DNA of 64,000 bases, from NCBI GenBank assembly GCA_964016885.1, contig OZ024745.1, forward strand, positions 97,030,001-97,094,000. Reading direction: 5' to 3'. The translations under genes were made by a program, and so were the position numbers. The notes under the pieces were generated by a model that was given only the letters and a program-made list of their open reading frames with translations, had not been told where the DNA came from and did no database searches. This document shows, one piece after another, positions 14,301 to 29,300 of the stretch (position 1 is the stretch's first letter; the number at the start of each line of letters is the position of its first letter). The DNA is from Eledone cirrhosa (taxonomy: Eukaryota).

Positions 14301-17300
14301 TTTATCATTTCGAAATACTAGGGTGTGATTTAAGGAGATATGCTGGCTATCTTTATCATTTCAAGATACTAACGTGTGATATAAGGGGATATGCTAGCTA
14401 TCTTTATCATGTCAACATGCTGAGATGTGATTTAAGGAGATATGCTGGCTACTTTTATCATTTAGAGATACTAGATTGTGATTTAAGGAGATATGCTGAC
14501 TACCGTTATCATTTCAATATACTAGTGTATGATTAAAGGGGATATGCTGGCTATCTTTATCATTTCAAGATACAAGGGTGTGATTTAAGGGGATATGCTC
14601 GCTATTTTTATCATTTCGAGATACTAGGGTGTGATTTAAGGAGATATGCTGGCTATCTTTATCATTTCAAGATACTAGGGTGTGATTTAAAGGAGTATGC
14701 TGGATATCTTTATCATTTCAAGATACTAGCGTGTTATTTAAGGGAATATGTTGGCTATCTTTATCATTTCGAGATACTAGGGTTAGATTTAAGGGGATAT
14801 GCTGGCTATCTTTATCATTTCAAGATATTAGGGTGTGATTTAAGGGGGTATGCTGGCTATCTTTATAATTTCAGGATACTAGGGTGTGATTTAAGGGGAT
14901 ATGCTGGTTATCTTTATCATTTCAAGATACTAAGGTGTGATTTAAGGGGATATGCTAGCTATCTTTATCATTTCAAGATGCTGAGTTGTGATTTAAGGAG
15001 ATATGCTGGCTTCCTTTATCATTTCAATATACTAGTGTATGATTAAAGGGGATATGCTGGCTATCTTTATCATTTCAAGATACTAGCGTGTGATTTAAGG
15101 AGATATGCCGGCTATCTTTACATTTCGAGATACTAGGGTGTGATTTAAGAAGATATGCTGGCTATCTTTATCATTTCAAGATACTAGGGTGTGATTTAAG
15201 GGGATTTTGGCTATCTTTATCATTTCAAGATACTAGTGTGTGATTTAAGGGGATTTTGGCTATCTTTATCATTTCAAGATACTAGGGTGTGATTTAAGGG
15301 GAAATGCTGGCTATCTTTATTATTTCAAGATACAAGGGTGTGATTTAAGGGGAAATGCTGGCTATCTTTATCATTTCAAGATACGAGGGTGTGATTTAAG
15401 GGGATATGCTGACTACCGTTATCATTTCAAATACTAGTGTATGATTAAAGGGGATATGCTGGCTATCTTTATCATTTCAAGATACAAGGGTGTGATTTAA
15501 GGGGATATGCTCGCTATTTTTATCATTTTGAGATACTAGGGTGTGATTTAAGGAGATATGCTGACTATCTTTATCATTTCAAGATAGTAGGGTGTGATTT
15601 AAAGAGATATGCTGGCTATTTTTATTATTTCAAGATACTAGGTTGTAATTTAAGGAGATATGCCGGCTATCTTTACATTTCGAGGTACTAGGGTGTGATT
15701 TAAGGAGATATGCTGGCTATCTTTATCATTTCGAGATACTAGGGTGTGATATATGGAGATATGCTGGCTATCTTTATCATTTCAAGATACTAAGGTGTGA
15801 TTTAAGGGGATATGCTGGCTATCTTTATCATTTCAACATACTAGGGTGTGATTTAAGAAGATATGCTGGCTATCTTTATCATTTCAAGATACTAGGGTGT
15901 GATTTAAGGGGACTTTGGCTATCTTTATCATTTCAAGATACTAAGGTGTGATTTAAGGGGATATGCTGGCTATCTTTATCATTTCAACATACTAGTGTAT
16001 GATTAAAGGGGATATGCTGGCTATCTTTATCATTTCAAGATACTAGGGTGTGATTTAAGGAGATATGCCGGCTATCTTTACATTTCGAGATACTAGGGTG
16101 TGATTTAAGGAGATATGCTGGCTATCTTTATCATTTCAAGATATCGGGGAGTGATTTACGGAGATATGCTGGCTAATCTTTATCATTTCAAGATATTGGG
16201 GAGTGATTTAAGGAGATATGCTGGCTATCTTTATCATTTTAATATACAAGGGTGTGTTTTAAGGATATATGCGGGCTATCTTTATCATTTCAAGATACTA
16301 GGGTGTGATTTAAGGAGATATGCTGGCTATCTTTATCATTTCAAGATACTAGGGTGTGATTTAAGGAGATATGCTGGCTATCTTTATCATTTCAAGATAC
16401 TAGGGTGTGATTTAAGGGGATATGCTGGCTATCTTTATCATTTTAATATACAAGGGTGTGATTTAAGGAGATATGCTGGCTATTTTTATTACTTCAAGAT
16501 ACTAGGGTGTGATTTAAGGGGATATTGACTATCTTTATCATTTTAATATACAAGGGTGTGATTTAAGGAGATATGCTGGCTATTTTTATTACTTCAAGAT
16601 ACTAGGGTGTGATTTAAGGGGATATTGGCTATCTTTATCATTTCAAGATACTAGGGTGTGATTTAAGGGGATATGTTGGCTATCTTTATTATTTCAAGAT
16701 ACTAGGCTGTGATTTAAGGGAATATGTTGGCTATCTTTATGATTTGAAGATACTAGGGTGTGATTTAAGGGGATATGCTGGCTATCTTTATCATTTCAAT
16801 ATACTAGGGTGTGATTTAATAAGATATGCTGGCTCTCTTTACCATTTCAAGATACTAGGGTGTGATTTAAGGGGATGTGCTGGCTATCTTTATCATTTCA
16901 AGATATTGGGGAGTGATTTCAGGAGATATGCTGGCTATCTTTATCATTTCAAGATATTGGGGAGTGATTTCAGGAGATATGCTGGCTATCTTTATCATTT
17001 CGAGATACTAGGGTGTGATTTAAGGGGATATGCTGGCTATCTTTATCATTTCAAGATACTAGGGAGTGATTTCAGGAGATATGCTGGCTATCTTTATCAT
17101 TTCAAGATATTGGGGAGTGATTTAAGGAGATATGCTGGCTATCTTTATCATTTCAAGATACTAGGGTGTGATTTAAGGAGATATGCTGGATATCTTTATC
17201 ATTTCAAAGTACTAGGTTGTTATTTAAGGGGATATGCTGGCTATCTTTATCATTTCGAGATACTAGGGTGTGATTTAAGGAGATATGCTGCCTATCTTTA

Positions 17301-20300
17301 TCATTTAAAGATACTACAGCGTGATTTAAGGAGATATGCTGGCTACTTTTATCATTTCAAGATACTAGGGTGTGATTTAAGGAGATATGCTGGCTATTTT
17401 TATTATTTCGAAATACTAGGGTGTGATTTAAGGGAATATTGGCCAACTTTATCATTTCGAGATACTAGGGTTAGATTTAAGGGGATATGCTGGCTATCTT
17501 TATCATTTCAAGATACTAGGTTGTGATTTAAGGGGATATGCTGGCTATCTTTATTATTTCAAGATACTAGGGTGTGATTTAAGGGAATATGTTGGCTATC
17601 TTTATGATTTCAAGATATTAGGGTGTGATTTAAGGAGATATGCTGGCTATCTTTATCATTTTAAGACATTAGGGTGTGATTTAAGGAGATATGCTGGCTA
17701 TCTTTATCATTTCAAGATACTAGGGTGTGATTTAAGGGGATATGCTGGCTATCTTTCTCATTTCAATATACTAGGGTGTGATTTAATAAGATATGCTGGC
17801 TCTCTTTACCATTTCAAGATACTAGGGTGTTATTTAAGGGGATGTGCTGGCTATCTTTATCATTTCAAGATATTGGGGAGTGATTTAAGGAGATATGCTG
17901 GCTATCTTTATCATTTCAAGATATTGGGGAGTGATTTCAGGAGATATGCTTGCTATCTTTATCATTTCGAGATACTAGGGTGTGATTTAAAGAGATATGC
18001 TGGCTACTTTTATCATTTCAAGATACTAAGGTGTGATTTAAGTGGACATGCTGGCTATCTTTATCATTTCGACATACTAGGGTGTGATTTAAAGAGATAT
18101 GCTGGCTATCGTTATCATTTCAAGATACTAGGGTGTGATTTAAGGGGATATGCTGGCTATCCTTATCATCTTGAGATACTACGGTGTGACTTAAGGAGAT
18201 ATGCTGCCTATCTTTATAATTTCAAGATACTAGGGTGTGAGTTAAGGAGATATGCTGGCTATCTTTATCATCTTGAGATACTACGGTGTGATTTAAGGAG
18301 ATATGCTGGCTATCTTTATCATTTCGAGATACTAGGGTGTGATGTAAGGAGATATGCTGGCTATCTTTATCATTTCAAGTTACCAGGGTGTGATTTAAGG
18401 AGATATGCTGGCTATCTTTATCATTTCAAGTTACTAGGGTGTGATTTAAGGAGATATGCTGGCTATCTTTATCATTTCAAGATACTAGGGTGTGATTTAA
18501 GGGGAAATGCTGGCTATCTTTATCATTTCAAGTTACCAGGGTGTGATTTAAGGAGATATGCTGGCTATCTTTATCATTTCAAGTTACTAGGGTGTGATTT
18601 AAGGAGATATGCTGGCTATCTTTATCATTTCAAGATACTAGGGTGTGATTTAAGGGGATGTGCTGGCTATCTTTATCATTTCAAGATATTGGGGAGTGAT
18701 TTCAGGAGATATGCTGGCTATCTTTATCATTTCAAGTTACCAGGCTGTGATTTAAGGAGATATGCTGGCTATCTTTATCATTTCAAGATACTAGGGTGTG
18801 ATTTAAGGGGATATGCTGGCTATCTTTATCATTTTAAGATACTAGTGTGTAATTAAAGGGGATATGCTGGCTATCTTTATCATTTCAAGATGCTGAGTTG
18901 TGATTTAAGGAGATATGCTGGTTATCTTTATCATTTCAAGATACCAGGGTGTGATTTAAGGGGAAATGCTGGCTATCTTTATCATTTCAAGATACCAGGC
19001 TGTGATTTAAGGAGATATGCTGGCTATCTTTATCATTTCAAGATACTTGGGTGTGATTTAAGGGGATATGCTGGCTATCTTTATCATTTTAAGATACTAG
19101 TGTGTAATTAAAGGGGATATGCTGGCTATCTTTATCATTTCAAGATGCTGAGTTGTGATTTAAGGAGATATGCTGGCTATCCTTATCATCTTGAGATACT
19201 ACGGTGTGACTTAAGGAGATATGCTGGCTATGTTTATAATTTCAAGATACTAGGGTGTGATTTAAGGGGATATTGGCTATCTTTATCATTTCAAGATACT
19301 AGGGTGTGATTTAAGGGAATATGTTGGCTATCTTTATCATTTCAAGATACTAGGGTGTGATTTAAGGAGATATGCTGGCTATCTTTACGTTTCAAGATAC
19401 TAGGGTCTAATTTAAGGAGATATGCTGGCTATCTTTACATTTCAAGATACTAGGGTGTGATTTAAGGGGATATGCTGGCTATCTTTATCATTTCAAGTTA
19501 CCAGGCTGTGATTTAAGGAGATATGCTGGCTATCTTTATCATTTCAAGATGCTGAGTTGTGATTTAAGGGGATATGCTGGCTATCTTTATCATTTCAAGA
19601 TGCTGAGTTGTGATTTAAGGGGATATGCTGGCTATCTTTATCATTTCAGGATACTTGGGTGTGTTTTAAGGGGATATGCTGGCTATCTTTATCATTTCAA
19701 GATGCTGAGTTGTGATTTAAGGAGATATGCTGGCTATCTTTATCATTTCAAGATGCTGAGTTGTGATTTAAGGGGATATGCTGGCTATCCTTATCATCTT
19801 GAGATACTACGGTGTGACTTAAGGAGATATGCTGGCTATCTTTATAATTTCAAGATATAGGGTGTGATGTAAGGAGATATGCTGGCTATCTTTATCATTT
19901 CGAGATACTAGGGTGTGATTTAAGGAGATATGCCGGCTATCTTTATCATTTTGAAGATACTAGTGTGTAATTAAAGGGGATATGCTGGCTATCTTTATCA
20001 TTTCAAGATACTAGGGTGTGATTTAAGGGAATATGTTGGCTATCTTTATCATTTCATGATACTAGGGTGTGATTTAAGGAGTTATGCTGGCTATCTTTAT
20101 CATTTTAAGATACTAGGGAGTGATTGAAGGGGATATGCTGGCTATCTTTATCATTTCAATATACTAGGGTGTGATTTAATAAGATATGCTGGCTATCTTT
20201 ATCATTTCAATATACTAGGGTGTGATTTAATAAGATATGCTGGCTCTCTTTACCATTTCAAGATACTAGGGTGTTATTTAAGGGGATATGCTGGCTATCT

Positions 20301-23300
20301 TTATCATTTCAAGATATTGGGGAGTGATTTCAGGAGATATGCTGGCTATCTTTATCATTTCGAGTTACTAGGGTGTGATTTAAGGGGATATGCTGGCTAC
20401 TTTTATCATTTCAAGATGCTGAGTTGTGATTTAAGGGGATATGCTGGGTATCTTTATCATTTCAAGATACTAGGGTGTGATTTAAGGGGTTATGCTGGCT
20501 ATCTTTATCATTTTAAGATACTAGTGTGTAATTAAAGGGGATATGCTGGCTATCTTTATCATTTCAAGATACTAGGGTGTGATTTAAGGGAATATGTTGG
20601 CTATCTTTATCATTTCAAGATACTAGGGTGTGATTTAAGGAGATATGCTGGCTATCTTTACATTTCAAGATACTAGGGTGTAATTTAAGGAGATATGCTG
20701 GCTATCTTTACATTTCAAGATACTAGGGTGTGATTTAAGGGGATATGCTGGCTATCTTTATCATTTCAGGATACTAGGGTATGATTTAAGGGGATATGCT
20801 GGCTATCTTTATCATTTCAAGATACTAGGGTGTGATTTAAGGGGATATGCTGGCTATCTTTATCATTTCAAGATACTAGGGTGTGATTTAAGGGGATATG
20901 CTGGCTATCTTTATCATTTCAAGATACTAGGGTGTGATTTAATGAGATATGCTGGCTATCTTTATCATTTTAAGATACTAGGGTGTGATTTAAGGGAATA
21001 TGTTGTCTATCTTTATCATTTCAAGATACTAGGGTGTTATTTAAGGGGATGTGCTGGCTATCTTTATCATTTCAAGATACTAGGGTGTGATTTAATAAGA
21101 TATGCTGGCTCTCTTTACCATTTCAAGATACTAGGGTGTTATTTAAGGGGATGTGCTGGCTATCTTTATCATTTCAAGATATTGGGGAGTGATTTAAGGG
21201 GGTTTGCTGGCTATCTTTATCATTTCGAGATACTAGGGTGTGATTTAAAGAGATATGCTGGCTACTTTTATCATTTCAAGATGCTGAGTTGTGATTTAAG
21301 GGGATATGCTGGTTATCTTTATCATTTCAAGATACTAGGGTGTGATTTAAGGGGGTTTGCTGGCTATCGTTATCATTTCGAGATACTAGCATGTGATTTA
21401 AGGAGATATGCTGGCTATCTTTATCATTTCAAGATACTAGGGTGTGATTTAAGGAGATATTCTGGCTATCATTATCATTTCAATATACTAGGGTGTGATT
21501 TAAGGGGAAATGCTGGCTATCTTTATCATTTCGAGATACTAGGGTGTGATTTAAGGAGATATGCTGGCTATCTTTATCATTTCAAGCTACTAGAGTGTGA
21601 TTTAATAAGATATGCTGGCTATCCTTACATTTCGAGATACTAGGGTGTGATGTAATGGGATATGCTGGCTATCTTTATCATTTCAAGATACTAGGGTGTG
21701 ATTTAAGGAGATATGCTTGCTATCTTTATTATTTCAAGATACTAGGGAGTGATTTAAGGAGATATGCTGGCTATCTTTATGATTTCAAGATACTAGGGTG
21801 TGATTTAAGGAGATATGCTGGCTATCTTTATCATTTCAAAGTACTAAGTTGTGATTTAAGGGGATATGCTGGCTATCTTTACCATTTCAAGATACTAGGG
21901 TGTTATTTAAAGAGATATGCTGGCTATCTTTACATTTCAAGATACTAGGGTGTAATTTAAGGAGATATGCTGGCTGTCTTTACATTTCAAGATACTAGGG
22001 TGTGATTTAAGGGGATATGCTGTCTATCTTTATCATTTCAGGATACTAGGGTATGATTTAAAGGGATATGCTGGCTATCTTTATCATTTCAAGATACTAG
22101 GGTGTGATTTAAGGGGATATGCTGGCTATCTTTATCATTTCAAGATACTAGGGTGTGATTTAAGGGGATATGCTGGCTATCTTTATCATTTCAAGATACT
22201 AGGGAGTGATTTCAGGAGATATGCTGGCTATCTTTATCATTTCAAGATACTAGGGTGTGATTTTATGAGATATGCTGGCTATCTTTATCATTTTAAGATA
22301 CTAGTGTGTAATTAAAGGCGATATGCTGGGTATCTTTATCATTTCAAGATACTAGGGTGTGATTTAAGGGAATATGTTGTCTATCTTTATCATTTCAAGA
22401 TACTAGGGTGTTATTTAAGGGGATGTCCTGGGTATCTTTATCATTTCAAGATACTAGGGTGTGATTTAATAAGATATGCTGGCTCTCTTTACCATTTCAA
22501 GATACTAGGGTGTTATTTAAGGGGTTGTGCTGGCTATCTTTATCATTTCAAGATATTGGGGAGTGATTTCAGGAGATATGCTGGCTATCTTTATCATTTC
22601 GAGATACTAGGATGTGATTTAAAGAGATATGCTGGCTACTTTTATCATTTCAAGCTGCTGAGTTGTGATTTAAGGGGATATGCTGGTTATCTTTATCATT
22701 TCAAGATACTAGGGTGTGATTTAAGGGGAAATGCTGGCTATCTTTATCATTTCGAGATACTAGGGTGTGATTTAAGGAGATATGCTGGCTATGTTTATCA
22801 TTTCAAGATACCAGGTTGTGATTTAAGGGGGTTTGCTGGCTATCGTTATCATTTCGAGATACTAGCATGTGATTTAAGGAGATATGCTGGCTATCTTTAT
22901 CATTTCAAGATACTAGGTTGTGATTTAAGGAGATATTCTGGCTATCATTATCATTTCAATATACTAGGGTGTGATTTAAGGGGAAATGCTGGCTATCTTT
23001 ATCATTTCGAGATACTAGGGTGTGATTTAAGGAGATATGCTGGCTATCTTTATCATTTCAAGCTACTAGAGTGTGATTTAATAAGATATGCTGGCTATCC
23101 TTACATTTCGAGAAACTAGTGTGTGATGTAATGGGATATGCTGGCTATCTTTACCATTTCAACATACTAGGGTGTTATTTAAAGAGATATGCTGGCTATC
23201 TTTATCATTTCAAGATATTGGGGAGTGATTTAAGGAGATATGCTGGCTATCTTTATCATTTCAAGATACTAGGGTGTGATTTAAGGACATATGCTGGCTA

Positions 23301-26300
23301 TCTATATCATTTCAAGATACTAGGGTGTTATTTAAAGAGATATGCTGGCTATCTTTATCATTTCAAGATATTGGGGAGTGATTTAAGGAGATATGCTGGC
23401 TATCTTTATCATTTCAAGATACTAGGGTGTGATTTAAGGACATATGCTGGCTATCATTATCATTTCAATATACTAGGGTGTGATTTAAAGAGATATGCTG
23501 GCTATCTTTATCATTTCGAGATATTAGGGTATGATATATGGAGATAAGCTGGCTATCTTTTTCAGTTAGAGATACTAGGGTGTGATTTAAGGAGATATGC
23601 TGGCTATCTTTATCATTTCGAGATACTAGGGTGTGATTTAAGGGGATATGCTGGCTATCTTTATCATTTCAAGATACTAGGGTGTGATTTAAGGGGATAT
23701 GCTGGCTATCTTTATCATTTCAAGATACTAGGGTGTGATTTAAGGAGATATGCTGGCTATCTTTATCATTTCAAGATACTAGGTTGTGATTTAAGGGGAT
23801 ATGCTGGCTATCTTTACCATTTCAAGTTACTAGGGTGTGATTTAAGGGGATATGCTGGCTATCTTTATCATTTCAAGATACTAGGGTGTGATTTAAGGGG
23901 ATATGCTGGCTATCTTTATCATTTCAAGATACTAGGGTGTAATTTAAAGGGATATTGGCTATCTTTATCATTTCAAGATACTAGGGTGTGATTTAAGGAG
24001 ATATGCTGGCTATCTTTATCATTTCAAGCTACTAGGGTGTGATTTAAGGGGATATGCTGGCTATCTTTACCATTTCAAGATACTAGGGTGTGATTTAAGG
24101 AGATATGCTGGCTATCTTTATCATTTCGAGTTACTAGGGTGTGATTTAAGGGTATATGCTGGCTATCTTTATCATTTCAAGATAATAGGGTGTTATTTAA
24201 AGAGATATGCAGGCTATCTTTATCATTTCGAGATACTAGGGTGTAATTTAAGGAGATATGCTGGGTATTTTTTCATTTCGAGATACTAGGTTTTGAATTA
24301 AGGGGATATTGGCTATCTTTATCATTTCAAGGTACTAGGGTGTGATTTAAGGGGATATTGGCTATCTTTATCATCTCAAGATACTAGCGTGTGATTTAAG
24401 GGGATATGCTGGCTATCTTTATCATTTCAAGCTACTAGGGTGTGTTTTAAGGAGATATGCTGGCTATCTTTATCATTTCAAGGTACTAGGGTGTGATTTA
24501 AGGAGATATGCTGGCTATCTTTATCATTTCAAGATACAAGAGTGTGATTGAAGGGGATATGCTGGCTATCTTTATCATTTCAAGATACTAGGGTGTGATT
24601 TAAGGGGAAATGCTGGCTATCTTTATCATTTCGAGATACTAGGGTGTGATTTAAGGAGATATGCTGGCTATGTTTATCATTTCAAGATACCAGGGTGTGA
24701 TTTAAGGGGGTTTGCTGGCTATCGTTATCATTTCGAGATACTAGCATGTGATTTAAGGAGATATGCTGGCTATCTTTATCATTTCAAGATACTAGGTTGT
24801 GATTTAAGGAGATATTCTGGCTATCATTATCATTTCAATATACTAGGGTGTGATTTAAGGGGAAATGCTGGCTATCTTTATCATTTCGAGATACTAGGGT
24901 GTGATTTAAGGAGATATGCTGGCTATCTTTATCATTTCAAGCTACTAGAGTGTGATTTAATAAGATATGCTGGCTATCCTTACATTTCGAGAAACTAGTG
25001 TGTGATGTAATGGGATATGCTGGCTATCTTTACCATTTCAACATACTAGGGTGTTATTTAAAGAGATATGCTGGCTATCTTTATCATTTCAAGATATTGG
25101 GGAGTGATTTAAGGAGATATGCTGGCTATCTTTATCATTTCAAGATACTAGGGTGTGATTTAAGGACATATGCTGGCTATCTATATCATTTCAAGATACT
25201 AGGGTGTTATTTAAAGAGATATGCTGGCTATCTTTATCATTTCAAGATATTGGGGAGTGATTTAAGGAGATATGCTGGCTATCTTTATCATTTCAAGATA
25301 CTAGGGTGTGATTTAAGGACATATGCTGGCTATCATTATCATTTCAATATACTAGGGTGTGATTTAAAGAGATATGCTGGCTATCTTTATCATTTCGAGA
25401 TATTAGGGTATGATATATGGAGATAAGCTGGCTATCTTTTTCAGTTAGAGATACTAGGGTGTGATTTAAGGAGATATGCTGGCTATCTTTATCATTTCGA
25501 GATACTAGGGTGTGATTTAAGGGGATATGCTGGCTATCTTTATCATTTCAAGATACTAGGGTGTGATTTAAGGGGATATGCTGGCTATCTTTATCATTTC
25601 AAGATACTAGGGTGTGATTTAAGGAGATATGCTGGCTATCTTTATCATTTCAAGATACTAGGTTGTGATTTAAGGGGATATGCTGGCTATCTTTACCATT
25701 TCAAGTTACTAGGGTGTGATTTAAGGGGATATGCTGGCTATCTTTATCATTTCAAGATACTAGGGTGTGATTTAAGGGGATATGCTGGCTATCTTTATCA
25801 TTTCAAGATACTAGGGTGTAATTTAAAGGGATATTGGCTATCTTTATCATTTCAAGATACTAGGGTGTGATTTAAGGAGATATGCTGGCTATCTTTATCA
25901 TTTCAAGCTACTAGGGTGTGATTTAAGGGGATATGCTGGCTATCTTTACCATTTCAAGATACTAGGGTGTGATTTAAGGAGATATGCTGGCTATCTTTAT
26001 CATTTCGAGTTACTAGGGTGTGATTTAAGGGTATATGCTGGCTATCTTTATCATTTCAAGATAATAGGGTGTTATTTAAAGAGATATGCAGGCTATCTTT
26101 ATCATTTCGAGATACTAGGGTGTAATTTAAGGAGATATGCTGGGTATTTTTTCATTTCGAGATACTAGGTTTTGAATTAAGGGGATATTGGCTATCTTTA
26201 TCATTTCAAGGTACTAGGGTGTGATTTAAGGGGATATTGGCTATCTTTATCATCTCAAGATACTAGCGTGTGATTTAAGGGGATATGCTGGCTATCTTTA

Positions 26301-29300
26301 TCATTTCAAGCTACTAGGGTGTGTTTTAAGGAGATATGCTGGCTATCTTTATCATTTCAAGGTACTAGGGTGTGATTTAAGGAGATATGCTGGCTATCTT
26401 TATCATTTCAAGATACAAGAGTGTGATTGAAGGGGATATGCTGGCTATCTTTATCATTTCAAGATACTAGGGTGTGATTTAAGGGGAAATGCTGGCTATC
26501 TTTATCATTTCAAGATATTGGGGAGTGATTTAAGGAGATATGCTGGCTATCTTTATCATTTCAAGATACTAGGGTGTGATTGAAGGGGATATGCTGGCTA
26601 TCTTTATCATTTCAATATACTAGGGTGTGATTTAAGGGGATATGCTGGCAATCTTTATCATTTCGATATACTAGGTTTTGAATTAAGGGGATATTGGCTA
26701 TCTTTATCATTTCAAGGTACTAGGGTGTGATTTAAGGGGATATTGGCTATCTTTATCGTCTCAAGATACTAGCGTGTGATTTAAAGGGATATGCTGGCTA
26801 TCTTTATCATTTCAAGATACTAGGGTGTGATTTAAGGGGATATGCTGGGTATTTTTTCATTTCGATATACTAGGTTTTGAATTAAGGGGATATTGGCTAT
26901 CTTTATCATTTCAAGGTACTAGGGTGTGATTTAAGGGGATATTGGCTATCTTTATCGTCTCAAGATACTAGCGTGTGATTTAAAGGGATATGCTGGCTAT
27001 CTTTATCATTTCAAGATACTAGGGTGTGATTTAAGGGGATATGCTGGCTATCTTTATCATTTCAATATACTAGGGTGTGATTTAAGGGGATATGCTGGCT
27101 ATCTTTATCATTTCAATATACTAGGGTGTGATTTAAGGGGATATGCTGGCTATCTTTATCATTTCAAGATACTAGGGTGTGATTTAAGGGGTTATGCTGG
27201 CTATCTTTATCGTTTCAATATACTAGGGTGTGATTTAAGGGGATATGCTGGCTATCTTTATCATTTTAAGATACTAGGGTGTGATTTAAGGAGATATGCT
27301 GGCTAACTTTATCATTTCAATATACTAGGGTGTGATTTAAGGGGATATGCTGGCTATCTTTATCATTTCAATATACTAGGGTGTGATTGAAGGGGATATG
27401 CTGGCTATCTTTATCATTTTAAGATACTAGGGTGTGATTTAAGGAGATATGCTGGCTAACTTTATCATTTCAATATACTAGGGTGTGATTTAAGGAGATA
27501 TGCCGGCTATCTTTATCATTTCAATATACTAGGGTGTGATTTAAGAAGATATGCTGGCTATCTTTATCATTTTAAGATACTAGGGTGTGATTTAAGGAGA
27601 TATGCTGGCTATCTTTATCATTTTAAGATACTAGGGTGTGATTGAAGGTGATATGCTGGCTATCTTTATCATTTCAATATACTAGGGTGTGATTTAAGGA
27701 GATATGCTGGCTATCTTTATCATTTCAATATACTAGGGTGTGATTGAAGGGGATATGCTGGCTATCTTTATCATTTCAATATACTAGGGTGTGAGTGAAG
27801 GGGATATGCTGGCTATCTTTATCATTTCAATATACTAGGGTGTGATTTAATAAGATATGCTGGCTCTCTTTACCATTTCAAGATACTAGGGTGTTATTTA
27901 AAGAGATATGCTGGCTATCTTTATCATTTCAAGATATTGGGGAGTGATTTAAGGAGATATACTGGCTATCATTATCATTTCAATATACTAGGGTGTGATT
28001 TAAGGGGAAATGCTGGCTATCTTTATCATTTCGAGATACTAGGGTATGATATATGGAGATATGCTGGCTATCTTTTTCAGTTAGAGATACTAGGGTGTGA
28101 TTTATGGAGATATGCTGGCTATCTTTATCATTTCGAGATACTAGGGTGTGATTGAAGGTGATATGCTGGCTATCTTTATCATTTCAATATACTAGGGTGT
28201 GATTTAAGGAGATATGCTGGCTATCTTTATCATTTCAATATACTAGGGTGTGATTGAAGGGGATATGCTGGCTATCTTTATCATTTCAATATACTAGGGT
28301 GTGATTGAAGGGGATATGCTGGCTATCTTTATCATTTCAATATACTAGGGTGTGATTTAATAAGATATGCTGGCTCTCTTTACCATTTCAAGATACTAGG
28401 GTGTTATTTAAAGAGATATGCTGGCTATCTTTATCATTTCAAGATATTGGGGAGTGATTTAAGGAGATATACTGGCTATCATTATCATTTCAATATACTA
28501 GGGTGTGATTTAAGGGGAAATGCTGGCTATCTTTATCATTTCGAGATACTAGGGTATGATATATGGAGATATGCTGGCTATCTTTTTCAGTTAGAGATAC
28601 TAGGGTGTGATTTATGGAGATATGCTGGCTATCTTTATCATTTCGAGATACTAGGGTGTGATTTAAGGGGATATGCTGGCTATCTTTATCATTTCAAGAT
28701 ACTAGGATGTGATTTAAGGAGATATGCTGGCTATCTTTATCATTTCAAGATACTAGGGTGTGATTTAAGGGGAAATGCTGGCTACATTTATCATTTCAAG
28801 ATACTAGAGTGTGATTAAAGGAGATATGCTGGCTATCTTTATCATTTCGAGATACTAGGGTGTAATTTAAGGAGATATGCTGGGTATTTTTTCATTTCGA
28901 GATACTAGGTTTTGAATTAAGGGGATATTGACTATCTTTATCATTTCAAGGTACTATGGTGTGATTTAAGGGGATATTGGCTATCTTTATCATCTCAAGA
29001 TACTACCGTGTGATTTAAGGGGATATGCTGGCTATCTTTATCATTTCAAGCTACTAGGGTGTGATTTAAGGAGATATGCTGGCTATCTTTATCATTTCAA
29101 GATACAAGAGTGTGATTGAAGGGGATATGCTGGCTATCATTATCATTTCAAAGTACTTGGTTGTGATTTAAGGGGATATGCTGGCTATCTTTATCATTTC
29201 AAATAGTAGGGTGTGATTTAAGGGGTTATGCTGGCTATCTTTATCATTTCAAGATACTAGGGTGTGATTTAAGGGGATATGCTGGCTATCTTTATCATTT